From: an uncultured bacterium
Lineage (GTDB): Bacteria > Verrucomicrobiota > Verrucomicrobiia > Limisphaerales > UBA8199
NCBI GenBank assembly: GCA_963749495.1
Contig: CAVVMW010000006.1
Span: forward strand, 480,001-544,000
Direction: 5' to 3'
DNA length: 64,000 nt
In this document: piece after piece, positions 20,112 to 29,134 of the stretch
Position numbering within the stretch: position 1 is the first letter of the stretch
Layout of the letters: each line of letters starts with the position of its first letter
Position numbers and translations under genes: made by a program
Notes under the pieces: model-generated
The model's database searches: none
The model's input: the letters and a program-made list of their open reading frames with translations, nothing else
What the model was told of the DNA's origin: nothing

Positions 20112-20950
20112 GTCCCGATTCTCCAGCCCCTGGTCCCGATTCTCCAGCCTCCGCAGCGGCGCCGCCCCAGCCAGAATATGAGGAACTCCAGGCCCGCCTG
20201 GCTTACACCTTTCACGACTCCGCGCTCTTGCGCCTGGCCCTGACCCACCCCTCCGTGGCCCACGAGCACGGGCTGCCCCTCCAGACCAATCAGCGCCTGG
20301 AGTTCCTCGGCGACGCCGTCCTCCAACTCGTCCTGAGCCGCCAATTGTATGACGCCTTCCCCGGTTTCAGCGAGGGTCCCCTCACCAAGGCCCGCGCCAA
20401 ACTGGTCAACCGCCGCAGCCTGGCCGATTTGGCCCGTTCCTTGGGCCTGGGCCGGCACCTCATCCTGAGCCGGGGCGAAGAAATGCACGGCGGCCGCGAG
20501 CGCCTCTCCGCCTTGGCCGACACTTATGAAGCCCTCCTGGGGGCCATCTTCCTGGACGGCGGTTTCGAGGCCGCCCGTGATTTTGTCCTTCGCCAATTCG
20601 AGGGCGCCTACAGCGGCCTGGCCGTCGTTCCCTTCCTGGACAATCCCAAAGGCGAATTGCAGGAACTGCTCCAGGCCTCCTCCCCCCAGGCCCCTCAATA
20701 CCAGGTCCTCTCCTCCTCCGGCCCAGACCACGACCGCCTCTTCGAGTGTACCGTCCACCATGCCGGCGTCGAACTGGCCCGCGGACGCGGCAAGAGCAAG
20801 AAGGCCGCTGAAAGCGAGGCCGCTCTGACCGCCCTGCTCAAACTGCGCGAACTCAAAGACAAGACCAAGAGATCACGGGACCACGGGACCAGGGGACCAC
20901 GGGACCACGGGACTGCGGGACCACGGGACCAGGAAGGCACAGGCGCCTGA
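20108..20950 (+). CDS. rnc: Ribonuclease III
   Basis: ALTHPS, NQRLEFLGDAVL, ADTYEALLGAIFLDGG, dsRBD (NPKGELQE...GKSKKAAESEAA). Confidence 0.96.
   Translation: MSPDSPAPGPDSPASAAAPPQPEYEELQARLAYTFHDSALLRLALTHPSVAHEHGLPLQTNQRLEFLGDAVLQLVLSRQLYDAFPGFSEGPLTKARAKLVNRRSLADLARSLGLGRHLILSRGEEMHGGRERLSALADTYEALLGAIFLDGGFEAARDFVLRQFEGAYSGLAVVPFLDNPKGELQELLQASSPQAPQYQVLSSSGPDHDRLFECTVHHAGVELARGRGKSKKAAESEAALTALLKLRELKDKTKRSRDHGTRGPRDHGTAGPRDQEGTGA
20872..20930. repeat. 8-bp GGACCACG tandem array forming the rnc C-terminal tail
   Basis: gatcacgggaccacgggaccaggggaccacgggaccacgggactgcgggaccacgggacc reads SRDHGTRGPRDHGTAGPRD. Confidence 0.8.
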
Positions 20951-20980
20951 CCGGCTCCAAACAAGCGATGTCCAAATCGC

Positions 20981-21024
20981 GTCCCATTTGTCCCTTTAGT
21001 CCCTTTAGTCCCTTTAGTCCCTTT
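20981..21024. repeat. 9-bp GTCCCTTTA tandem array
   Basis: gtcccatttgtccctttagtccctttagtccctttagtcccttt immediately before the btpA start. Confidence 0.8.
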
Positions 21025-21026
21025 CT

Positions 21027-21824
21027 ATGAAAACCCTCTTTGAGCAATCCTCCAAGCCCCTCATCGGCGTCGTCCATCTCCGGCCGTTACCCGGCTCGCC
21101 GCGATGGGAAGGCGACCTGGAGGCCGTCATCAATTTCGCCCTGCGCGATGCTTGCGCCTACGAACAGAGCGGTGTCAACGCGTTGTTCATCGAGAATTTT
21201 GGCGACATCCCGTTCACCAAAGGCCCGGTCGCCACCGAGACCCTGGCCGCCATGTCCGCGGCGGGCCGGGCCATCGGCACCGCCGTGAAAGTGCCCATCG
21301 GCTTCAACGTCCTGCGCAACGACGCCCGGGCCGCGCTGGCCCTCTGCGCCGCCTGCCGCGGCAGCTTCATCCGCGTCAACGTCCACACCGGCGCCATGCT
21401 CACCGACCAGGGCATCATCGAAGGCAACGCCTATGAGACCCTCCGCTACCGCCGCCTCGTCTGCCCCCAGGCGCGCATCTTCGCCGACGTCCACGTCAAA
21501 CACGCCGTGCCCTTCAACAACTGGACCATCGAAGATTGCGCCCGCAACACCGTCGAGCGCGGCCTGGCCGATGCCCTCATCGTCTCCGGCAAAGGCACCG
21601 GTCTCCAGACCGACCTCCAGGACGTCCAACGCGTGCGCCGCACCTGCCCCACCGTAAAAATCCTCCTCGGCAGCGGCGTCACCCCCGCCAATGTCCGCGA
21701 TTACCTCGCCCTGGCTGACGGCTTTATCGTCGGCTCCTCGCTCAAACTCGACGCCCAAGTCGCCAACCCGGTCGACCCCAAACGCGTCGCCGCCCTGGCC
21801 AGGGTGATCCAAGCGGGCGGGTGA
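21027..21824 (+). CDS. BtpA/SgcQ family TIM-barrel protein
   Basis: IGVVHLRPLPGSP, IENFGDIPF, GFNVLRND, FADVHVKH, ADALIVSG.GTG, GSGVT, IVGSSLK. Confidence 0.92.
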   Translation: MKTLFEQSSKPLIGVVHLRPLPGSPRWEGDLEAVINFALRDACAYEQSGVNALFIENFGDIPFTKGPVATETLAAMSAAGRAIGTAVKVPIGFNVLRNDARAALALCAACRGSFIRVNVHTGAMLTDQGIIEGNAYETLRYRRLVCPQARIFADVHVKHAVPFNNWTIEDCARNTVERGLADALIVSGKGTGLQTDLQDVQRVRRTCPTVKILLGSGVTPANVRDYLALADGFIVGSSLKLDAQVANPVDPKRVAALARVIQAGG

Positions 21825-21825
21825 G

Positions 21826-21925
21826 GGGGCCGAGGGGCGAGGGGCGAGGGCCGAAGGCGGAGGGGCGATCGATGTGTTTTCCCTCGACCCTCGGCCCCTC
21901 GCCCCTCGCCCCTCGACACTCGGCA
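21826..21925. repeat. GAGGGGC heptamer-arm hairpin element, copy 1
   Basis: (GAGGGGC)n, then core gagggccgaaggcggaggggcgatcgatgtgttttccctcgacc, then (CCCTCGC)n. Homologous copy inside the Ada gene. Confidence 0.85.
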
Positions 21926-21961
21926 CTTTCCTTCCTGCCCTCCTTGCGGCAGAGTGTGAGC

Positions 21962-22654
21962 ATGGCATTCACAGGGCCGCTCTTGAAACTGCTCGATGTG
22001 ACCCGCCGCTACGAGGCGCCGGACGGGGCCGAGGCGCTGACGGTGCTGGACGGGGTCTCGCTCGATGTCAGGCGCGGGGAATCGCTGGCCATCGTCGGGC
22101 CATCGGGCTCGGGCAAGAGCACGCTGCTGCAAATCATGGGCACGCTGGATCGGCCCAGCAGCGGCCAGGTCCTGCTCGAGGGCGAGGACCTGGCCGGGCT
22201 GGACGAGCCCCGGCTGGCGGCGGTGCGGAACCGGCAAATCGGCTTTGTCTTCCAGGCCCATTATTTGCTGCCGCAATGCACCGTCCTGGAGAACGTGTTG
22301 GTGCCGTCGCTGCCCTGCACAGACGCCGCCATCCGCAACGGCGCGGGGCCACGGGCTGAGCGCCTGCTCAAACGCGTGGGCCTGGGCGAGCGCCTGGCCC
22401 ATCGGCCCGGCCAACTCTCCGGCGGCGAACGCCAGCGCGCCGCCGTCGTGCGCGCCCTCATCAACCAGCCCCAACTCCTGCTCGCCGATGAGCCCACCGG
22501 CGCCCTCGACCAAACCTCCGCCCGCCAACTGGGCGCGTTGCTCGTCGAACTCAACAAAGAGGAAGGCGTCACCCTTATCATCGTCACCCACGCCCGCGAG
22601 TTGGCCGAACGAATGGGACGGGTGCTCGAACTCAAAGGGGGGAAGTTGGTATGA
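21962..22654 (+). CDS. ABC transporter ATP-binding protein, LolD/MacB type
   Basis: GPSGSGKSTLL, IGFVFQ, LSGGERQR, LLADEPTGALD, IVTH. Confidence 0.93.
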   Translation: MAFTGPLLKLLDVTRRYEAPDGAEALTVLDGVSLDVRRGESLAIVGPSGSGKSTLLQIMGTLDRPSSGQVLLEGEDLAGLDEPRLAAVRNRQIGFVFQAHYLLPQCTVLENVLVPSLPCTDAAIRNGAGPRAERLLKRVGLGERLAHRPGQLSGGERQRAAVVRALINQPQLLLADEPTGALDQTSARQLGALLVELNKEEGVTLIIVTHARELAERMGRVLELKGGKLV

Positions 22655-22662
22655 AAGGAATT

Positions 22663-23140
22663 CATCCCGGAGGGATGAAAGAAGGTAGCCGGGGGTCGCG
22701 GCCTCGCCGCGACCCCCGGTGGCGGGCACAGAGGGTCCGCATCCCGGAGGGATGCCAGATGGCAACTCCGCTAGCCGGGGTATTTCACTGGCTCTTTGTA
22801 GCGCAGACTTCCAAGTCTGCTGTATCGCGGGTTTCCAAACCCGCCGGGCGCCCGAGCGATGGGACACCCTGCCGACTTGGAAGTCGGCGACACAGCAGGC
22901 TTGGAAGCCTGCGCTACCGGTTCTCCGTCGCTCGCGGCCAGGTAACTTGTACCACTCTCTGTCAACTCCTTGTTTTTTTGAAAGAAGTTTTGGTTGCGGC
23001 TCTGCCGCGCTGGGAAATATCCCGGCTAGGCAGCGCTCGTTTCTGGCACCCCGTTCCGGGGTGCCGGGCCTTGTCGTCGTCCACCGGGGGTCGCGGCAAC
23101 GCCGCGACCCCCGGCTACCTTCTGGCAACCCTCCGGGTTG
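22663..23140. repeat. Composite nested palindromic element between the ABC ATPase and permease
   Basis: Outer arms AGAAGGTAGCCGGGGGTCGCGGC...GCCGCGACCCCCGGCTACCTTCT; inner GTAG-type REP pair 22797-22917 (GTAGCGCAGACTTCCAAGTCTGC...GCAGGCTTGGAAGCCTGCGCTAC); TTTTGGTTGCGGCTCTGCCGCGCTGGG motif. Confidence 0.8.
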
Positions 23141-23150
23141 CCCCATGCCC

Positions 23151-26100
23151 ATGACCTTCAAAACCCTTATCCGGCGCAGTCTGCGGTTTCACGCCCGGGC
23201 GCACGCGGGGGTGGTGCTCGGCGCGGCCATCGGGAGCGCGGCGTTGATTGGGGCGCTGCTGGTGGGCGACTCGGTGCGGGAGACGCTCAGGGAGCGGGCG
23301 CTCGAACGGTTGGGCGGGATCCACTTTGCCGTGAGCACCGGGGACCGGCTTTTCGACAGCGCCTGGGCTGGGCGCGCACTCTCCCGGTTCGACAGGCCGG
23401 GCTGGCTTTCCTCTCCCAGGGTCTCTGGATCTTCCAGGTTTGTGCTTCCCATCCCGGTGGCGGTAAGGCCGATGGCTCCGGTCGGCAATCCTCAGCATAG
23501 CCCTATCGACGAACTGTACGACGGGTCCGCGCTATCGCTGTCGGGCGTGGCAGCGAGGCAAGACGGCGCCGCACGCGTCAACCGGGTGAACGTGATCGGA
23601 GGCGGTCCCGCCTTGCCCTTCGGCGCATATCTCTCGGCACGGGCGAAGGTCAAGTCTGCCTTCGCCGCGACCGGATGGTCTGGAGCCCTGATTAACGAGA
23701 CCCTCGCCCGGCACCTGGACGTCCGGCCCGGCAACGAAATCATCCTGCGGGTCCGCAAGCCCAGCGCCCTCGCCCTGGATGCCGCCCTGAGCCCGCGTGA
23801 TGATAACTCCGTGGCCCTGCGCCTCAAGGTGGGCGCCATCCTGCCGGCGGACCAGTTGGGCGATTTCGCCCTCGCCGCTCCGCCGGCGCCCCCTGCCAAC
23901 CTGTTTCTGTTTAAGGAGTTCCTGGCCGATAAACTCGGTGTCCGAGGTCATGCCAACCTCCTGGCCTTTGGCCCGGTGCTCGTGCCCGAAGCGAGAGAAC
24001 ACGGGTGGTTATGGCGGCAGCAACTCAACCTGAGTTTTTGGTTGATGATGCGGGCACACCGAAACCGCGCCAGCCTGACTGCACGCCTCGGGAGGTTTCT
24101 CTTGCCAGAGAGCAAAGCCCGCGCTGTCCCCGATGAGCTCGCTTTACCGTGTCTGGAGGCCGGGCTGGCGAGCCTCTGGCTGCCGGAAGACGCCGGGGTG
24201 GTTGTGCGCGCTATCGAACAACCCCAAACGGAAACGGGTGGTGAATACATCCGGCCCTGGATCGAGATCGCCAGTTCGCGGGTCTTCCTGGATCCGCCCG
24301 TCGTCGCCGCAGCCCTTACGCCGCGCTCCAGGGTGCTGACGAACACTCTTCCCGGCGTGTTCATGCTATTCCCTTTCCCCGATTTCTCCTCAGACTCCAC
24401 CAACGACGTCGCCTTCGCCCGGTCCTTCATCCCCAACGGCTTCGGCGTCCTGACCTACCTGGCCAACGCCATCCGCGCCGGCGAGCGCCTCACCCCCTAC
24501 TCGATGGTCACCGCCGCAGGCGGGCCATTCCTGCCCGCCGGCATGCGCGACGACGAAATCCTGGTCAACCAATGGCTCGCGGACGACCTACAGGCGAGGC
24601 CCGGCGACACGGTCGCACTGAGCTACTACGTCGCCGACTCCGGCAGCCGGTTGACCGAGCGGACCAATTCGTTCCGCGTCCGGGCTATCGTCCCGATCAA
24701 GGGTCTCTATGCCGATCGCACGCTCATGCCCGAATTTCCCGGTCTGGCCAAGGCCGAATCCACCCACGACTGGAACACCGGCTTTCCGCTCGTGTACAAG
24801 CTCCGCGACAAGGACGAGGCCTACTGGAAACAATACCGCGGCACGCCCAAGGCCTTCGTCACGCTCGCGGCCGGCCAGGCCATGTGGGCCAACCGGTTCG
24901 GCTCGCTCACGGCGATTCGCTACCAGGTGCCCACGAACTCTTTCGCCAGCTCCTGTCGCCAGGCGGTTTATCGCAACCTGGTCGCCAATCTCAAACCAGC
25001 CGACCTGGGCTTTCGTCTCGAACCGGTGCGCGAGCAGGCGCTCAAGGCGGCAGCGCAATCCCAGGACTTTGGCCAGTTGTTCCTCGGCTTCAGCTTTTTC
25101 CTGGTCGTGTCGGCGCTGCTGCTGATGGCGCTGCTCTTTCAATTTGGGCTGGAGCAGCGCATGGCTGAGGTCGGCACGCTGCTGGCCCTCGGGTTTAGCG
25201 CCAAACAAGTGCGCCGTTTGCTCCTGGCTGAAGGCGCGGCCCTGGCGCTTTTGGGCGGCGTCATCGGTGTCCTGGGCGGCCTGGCCTACGCGCGGGCCAT
25301 GCTCTGGGGCCTGGCCACCGTCTGGCGCAATGCGGTCGGGACAACCTCGCTCCAGTTTCATGCCTCGCCCCTCAGCCTGGCAATCGGCCTGTTCTCCAGC
25401 ACGGTTGTCGCCACCCTCACCATCTGGCTCACCCTGCGCCGGCAGGCGCGACGCCCTGTTAAGGAGTTGTTGGAGTCCACAGTCCACAGTCCACAGTCCA
25501 TAGTCCACAGTCCACAGTCTGCACGCCGGGACTTGTCATTCGTCATTCGTCATTCGTCATTCGTCATTCGTCATTCCGCACTCCTCACTGGATTGAGCCT
25601 TCTCTTCGCAGCGCTGGCGGTCGTCGTTTGGGCGCTCGCAAGCGGCGAACGGTCGAACGCGGGGGCGTTTTTCGGGGCGGGGACGTTGTTGCTGATCTCG
25701 GGGCTGGTCTTTCTGGGGGCCTGGCTGGGGGCGCTGGCCCGCGCCGGCAACGCCGCACGGCTGACGGTGTCCGGGTTGGGCGTGCGCAGTTGCGCGCGGC
25801 GCCGGGGGCGCAGCCTCGCCACGACGGCATTGCTGGCGTGCGGCTGTTTCGTCATCGCCGCCATCGGTGTGTTCCGGCTGGACGCGAGTCGCGATGCAGC
25901 GCAGCGGACATCCGGCACGGGCGGGTTTGCCTTGCTCGGCCAATCCACGCTGCCGATCGTGCAGGACCTGAACACGACGGCCGGGCGCGAGGCCCTCGGC
26001 CTGGGCGCGCAGGACCTCCAGGGCGTGAAGGTCGTGCCGTTCCGGCTGCGCGAGGGGGACGACGCGAGTTGCCTGAACCTGAATCGCGCGCAACGTCCGC

Positions 26101-26996
26101 GCCTGCTGGGCGTGAAACCGGAGTTGCTGGCCGGACGGTTCACGTTCACGGGCGCCGCCAAGGGCTATCCCAGGCGCCTGGGATGGAGGTTGATACAGTC
26201 CACAGTCCACAGTCCACAGTCCACAGTCCACAGTCCACAATCCACACTCGACACCCGACACTCGACACTCGCGGCTGACGAGGTGAGGGCGATCGGCGAC
26301 GCCAACTCGATTGAATGGGCGCTGGGAAAGAAGCTCGGCGACACGCTGGATTACACGGACGAACAGGGGCGGCCATTCAAGGTCCAGCTTGTTGGCGCGG
26401 TGGCCAACTCGATCCTGCAGGGCAGCCTGGTCATCGATGAGGCGGATTTCGTCAGGCGCTTTCCCAACGAGAGCGGTTACCGGATGTTCCTGATCGACGC
26501 CCCTTCCAATTCCGTCCGGCAGGTGTCTGCGACCCTCTCGCGCGCCCTGGAGGACGCGGGTTTGGAGCTGACGCCCGCGGCCGGGCGCCTGGAGGCCTTC
26601 AACGCCGTGCAAAACACATACCTGGGAACGTTCCAGGTGCTCGGGGGCCTGGGTCTGCTGCTGGGCAGCGCCGGGCTGGGGGTGGTAGTGTTGCGCAACG
26701 TGCTGGAGCGGCGGGGCGAACTGGGCCTGCTGGTGGCCGTCGGTTTCCGGCGGCGAACGCTCCAGGCCATGATGCTGAGCGAGCACGGGGCGCTGCTCGC
26801 CCTGGGCCTGGGCCTGGGCATCCTGGCCGCCGCCGTGGCCGTTCTGCCCTCGGTGCTGACACCCGGCGCCCGGTTGCCCTATCGGTCTCTGGCGCTGACC
26901 CTGGGTGCCGTGTTCCTGAACGGGGCCCTGTGGACCTGGCTGGCCACGCGCTACGCCCTGCGCGGCAATTTGCTGGAGGCGCTCCGGAACGAGTGA
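23151..26996 (+). CDS. Large FtsX-like ABC transporter permease (two FtsX domains) with in-frame repeat insertions
   Basis: TLIRRSLRFH...GALLVGDSVR; EQRMAEVGTLLALGF; NVLERRGELGLLVAVGF; ends LLEALRNE. Confidence 0.9.
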   Translation: MTFKTLIRRSLRFHARAHAGVVLGAAIGSAALIGALLVGDSVRETLRERALERLGGIHFAVSTGDRLFDSAWAGRALSRFDRPGWLSSPRVSGSSRFVLPIPVAVRPMAPVGNPQHSPIDELYDGSALSLSGVAARQDGAARVNRVNVIGGGPALPFGAYLSARAKVKSAFAATGWSGALINETLARHLDVRPGNEIILRVRKPSALALDAALSPRDDNSVALRLKVGAILPADQLGDFALAAPPAPPANLFLFKEFLADKLGVRGHANLLAFGPVLVPEAREHGWLWRQQLNLSFWLMMRAHRNRASLTARLGRFLLPESKARAVPDELALPCLEAGLASLWLPEDAGVVVRAIEQPQTETGGEYIRPWIEIASSRVFLDPPVVAAALTPRSRVLTNTLPGVFMLFPFPDFSSDSTNDVAFARSFIPNGFGVLTYLANAIRAGERLTPYSMVTAAGGPFLPAGMRDDEILVNQWLADDLQARPGDTVALSYYVADSGSRLTERTNSFRVRAIVPIKGLYADRTLMPEFPGLAKAESTHDWNTGFPLVYKLRDKDEAYWKQYRGTPKAFVTLAAGQAMWANRFGSLTAIRYQVPTNSFASSCRQAVYRNLVANLKPADLGFRLEPVREQALKAAAQSQDFGQLFLGFSFFLVVSALLLMALLFQFGLEQRMAEVGTLLALGFSAKQVRRLLLAEGAALALLGGVIGVLGGLAYARAMLWGLATVWRNAVGTTSLQFHASPLSLAIGLFSSTVVATLTIWLTLRRQARRPVKELLESTVHSPQSIVHSPQSARRDLSFVIRHSSFVIRHSALLTGLSLLFAALAVVVWALASGERSNAGAFFGAGTLLLISGLVFLGAWLGALARAGNAARLTVSGLGVRSCARRRGRSLATTALLACGCFVIAAIGVFRLDASRDAAQRTSGTGGFALLGQSTLPIVQDLNTTAGREALGLGAQDLQGVKVVPFRLREGDDASCLNLNRAQRPRLLGVKPELLAGRFTFTGAAKGYPRRLGWRLIQSTVHSPQSTVHSPQSTLDTRHSTLAADEVRAIGDANSIEWALGKKLGDTLDYTDEQGRPFKVQLVGAVANSILQGSLVIDEADFVRRFPNESGYRMFLIDAPSNSVRQVSATLSRALEDAGLELTPAAGRLEAFNAVQNTYLGTFQVLGGLGLLLGSAGLGVVVLRNVLERRGELGLLVAVGFRRRTLQAMMLSEHGALLALGLGLGILAAAVAVLPSVLTPGARLPYRSLALTLGAVFLNGALWTWLATRYALRGNLLEALRNE
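25474..25576. repeat. (TCCACAG)n plus (TCATTCG)n heptamer arrays in frame within the permease
   Basis: Encodes STVHSPQSIVHSPQS...SFVIRHSSFVIRHS. Confidence 0.88.
26196..26271. repeat. (TCCACAG)n plus (CACTCGA)n heptamer arrays in frame within the permease
   Basis: Encodes STVHSPQSTVHSPQSTLDTRHSTL. Confidence 0.88.
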
Positions 26997-27038
26997 CTTG
27001 GACAGGTCCGAGCGCCGGGCCCGGCCGGGCGCCGCCAG

Positions 27039-27128
27039 GCGCGCAGCGTTTTGGAGTGCGCCAGTTCTCTGGCGCTTTTTAGACCCTGGGAAGGTGAAAG
27101 CGCCAGAGGACTGGCGCAGTCCAAAACC
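27039..27128. repeat. TTTGGA(G/C)TGCG...CGCAGTCCAAA palindromic REP-like element
   Basis: gttttggagtgcgccagttctctggcgcttt...aaagcgccagaggactggcgcagtccaaaac; related copy at 44047-44135. Confidence 0.8.
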
Positions 27129-27208
27129 TTCGGATTAGCGGCGGTCCATTGAGAAGTCCCCGCAAGAATCGGGTGGGCGATGCGGCGGCATGGGGCTAAG
27201 GTTCTCGC

Positions 27209-28108
27209 ATGAGTGCGAGCAATTACGAGCGCATCGCCCGGGTCATTCGCTACCTGGACGCGCATTATGCGGAGCAGCCCGGGCTGGCCGAGTTGGCGGC
27301 GCATGTGGGGCTGAGCCCGTTCCATTTTCACCGCCTCTTTTCCGATTGGGCCGGGGTGACACCCAAAGACTTTCTGCAGTCCCTGACCCTGGCCAACGCC
27401 AAGAGGCTCCTGCGAGACGGGAAGAGCGTGCTCGACACGGCGCTGGCAGCCGGGTTCTCAGGGCCCGGACGCCTGCACGACCTGTGCGTGACGCTCGAAG
27501 CCGCCTCGCCCGGGGAAGTGAAGTCCGGCGGCACGGGCTGGCAGATTGTCTTCGGTTTCGCGGACACGCCGTTTGGGGAGTGCATTTTGGCCGAGGGACC
27601 GCGCGGGGTCTGCCACCTCGGGTTTGTCGAGGGGCGAGGGGCGAGGGGCGAGGGGCGAGGGCCGCAGGCGGAAGGGCGATCAATGTGTCTTCCCTCGACC
27701 CTCGACCCTCGAGCCTCGGCCCTCGGGGCGGCCTGGCCGGGGGCGAAATTGCGGCGCGATGACCGGACCGCAGCGCAATTGGCGGGCGAGGTCTTCCGCC
27801 GCGCGCCGCTCCGGGACAGAGACAAACAGCCCGGGATTCGCGCCTTTGTCAGAGGCTCCGCCTTCCAGGTCCGGGTCTGGAACGCGCTGTTGCAGGTGCC
27901 TCCCGGCGCGCTGGTCACTTACGGCAAACTCGCCGCCGCCATCGGCCAGCCCGCCGCCGCCCGCGCCGTTGGCTCCGCTGTCGGGAGCAATCCCCTGGCC
28001 TATCTCATCCCCTGCCACCGCGTGATTCGCCAGACCGGCCTGATCGGAGACTACCGATGGGGACAGTTGCGCAAACGGGCGATGCTGGCGTGGGAGGCCC
28101 CCCAATGA
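27209..28108 (+). CDS. Ada-like AraC-HTH / methylated-DNA-protein-cysteine methyltransferase
   Basis: LSPFHFHRLF..WAGVTPK HTH; GSAFQVRVW, TYGKLA, ARAVGSAVG.NP, IPCHRVI active site. Confidence 0.92.
   Translation: MSASNYERIARVIRYLDAHYAEQPGLAELAAHVGLSPFHFHRLFSDWAGVTPKDFLQSLTLANAKRLLRDGKSVLDTALAAGFSGPGRLHDLCVTLEAASPGEVKSGGTGWQIVFGFADTPFGECILAEGPRGVCHLGFVEGRGARGEGRGPQAEGRSMCLPSTLDPRASALGAAWPGAKLRRDDRTAAQLAGEVFRRAPLRDRDKQPGIRAFVRGSAFQVRVWNALLQVPPGALVTYGKLAAAIGQPAAARAVGSAVGSNPLAYLIPCHRVIRQTGLIGDYRWGQLRKRAMLAWEAPQ
27627..27724. repeat. GAGGGGC heptamer-arm hairpin element, copy 2, in frame inside the Ada-like gene
   Basis: Core gagggccgcaggcggaagggcgatcaatgtgtcttccctcgacc differs from copy 1 by only a few bases. 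Confidence 0.85.
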
Positions 28109-28110
28109 CA

Positions 28111-28326
28111 CGTCACCGCGTAGCGGTGGCTGATGGTAGCCGTGGACTTCCAGTCCACGGACCCATGGCCCAAGCTCGACCGCGTCGCGTAGCGACGCCT
28201 GAAAACAGGTTTCGCTCCGCCAATGCCACGCAGTCAGGCGTCGCTACGCGACGCGCAACCATTCCCACGCCCCGCACCGTGGACCGAGGTCCACGGCTAC
28301 CGTCACTGCGTCGCTACGCGACGCGC
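28111..28326. repeat. ~215-bp palindromic REPIN-like element (CGTCGCGTAGCGACG family)
   Basis: GGTAGCCGTGGAC...GTCCACGG arms mirrored by CCGTGGAC...GTCCACGGCTACC; inner CGTCGCGTAGCGACGCCTGA / TCAGGCGTCGCTACGCGACG. Confidence 0.83.
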
Positions 28327-28472
28327 GCGGTTTCGGTTGCGGTTGCGCGGCCCTCGGCGCCAGGCTCGCGCCAGTGAGAAATGCAGGGCGAGATTGTAAT
28401 GACCGATTGCCTCCGTTCCGCGTATATCCTCATGTGAAACTCGACATAAAATAGAAGGGCTAGGGACACGAC

Positions 28473-29012
28473 ATGAGAACCTGGGGAATGAATTCGAGCG
28501 AGGGCCGGATGGTGAGTCCCCTCCGGCGCAAAGCGCAAGACCTGGCACCGCGGCCGAGCGGGCTGCAGATGGTGAGTGCGCACGAACTGCGGAGCCTCCA
28601 TGAAGCGCTGGGGCGCGGGCAACTCCCGGCGGACCTGGAGGCCAAGCTGCGCGGCCTGGCCAAGGGCGGCCTGGCCCATCAGTTCATCGAGCAGCATTGC
28701 CGGACCATAGCCGCCTTGCTCCTGGCGGTCCGGGACGGTTCCTTCAACGAAGCGGGGCGGGCGGAGTGCGAACGGCTGCTGCGGCTCCTGGCCTACGTGC
28801 GCAAGGACGACGATGCCATTCCCGATTACCGGCCCGACGGATTCCTCGACAACCAGCAGGAGGTGCGCGCCGTCATCACAGACCTCGACGCGCTGCTCCG
28901 GAGCTTCAAGGCCTGGCGCCTGCGCTACCAGGTGCCGCAGTTGTGGGCAGAGGGAGCGCGAGGGACCAGGCTAGGGGTCACATCTCAACATTTGACATTT
29001 GTCGCAGGCTAG
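28473..29012 (+). CDS. Hypothetical protein, YkvA/DUF1232-like
   Basis: LAYVRKDDDAIPDYRPDGFLDN resembles the YkvA D.IPD..P.G.LDD motif; C-terminus reads into the GGGGTCAC repeat. Confidence 0.55.
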   Translation: MRTWGMNSSEGRMVSPLRRKAQDLAPRPSGLQMVSAHELRSLHEALGRGQLPADLEAKLRGLAKGGLAHQFIEQHCRTIAALLLAVRDGSFNEAGRAECERLLRLLAYVRKDDDAIPDYRPDGFLDNQQEVRAVITDLDALLRSFKAWRLRYQVPQLWAEGARGTRLGVTSQHLTFVAG

Positions 29013-29134
29013 GGGTCACATCTCAACATTTGACATTTGTCGGACAAATGTCAAATGTTGAGATGTGACCCCAATGCTTAAATGTCAAATGTTGAGATGT
29101 GACCCCAATGCTTAGAGGTGTGACCCCAATGCTT
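28970..29134. repeat. AT-rich 27-bp unit GGGGTCACATCTCAACATTTGACATTT, two direct plus two inverted plus a partial copy
   Basis: Directly visible; lies between convergent genes. Confidence 0.92.

Noticed and set aside
22719..23150. 144-aa N-terminal extension of the ABC permease in the ORF track
   Set aside because: It is translated palindromic repeat sequence; family-like sequence starts at MTFKTLIRRSL (23151).
28970..29134. Possible CRISPR array
   Set aside because: Units are in mixed orientation, the intervening sequences are far too short to be spacers, and no cas genes are present.
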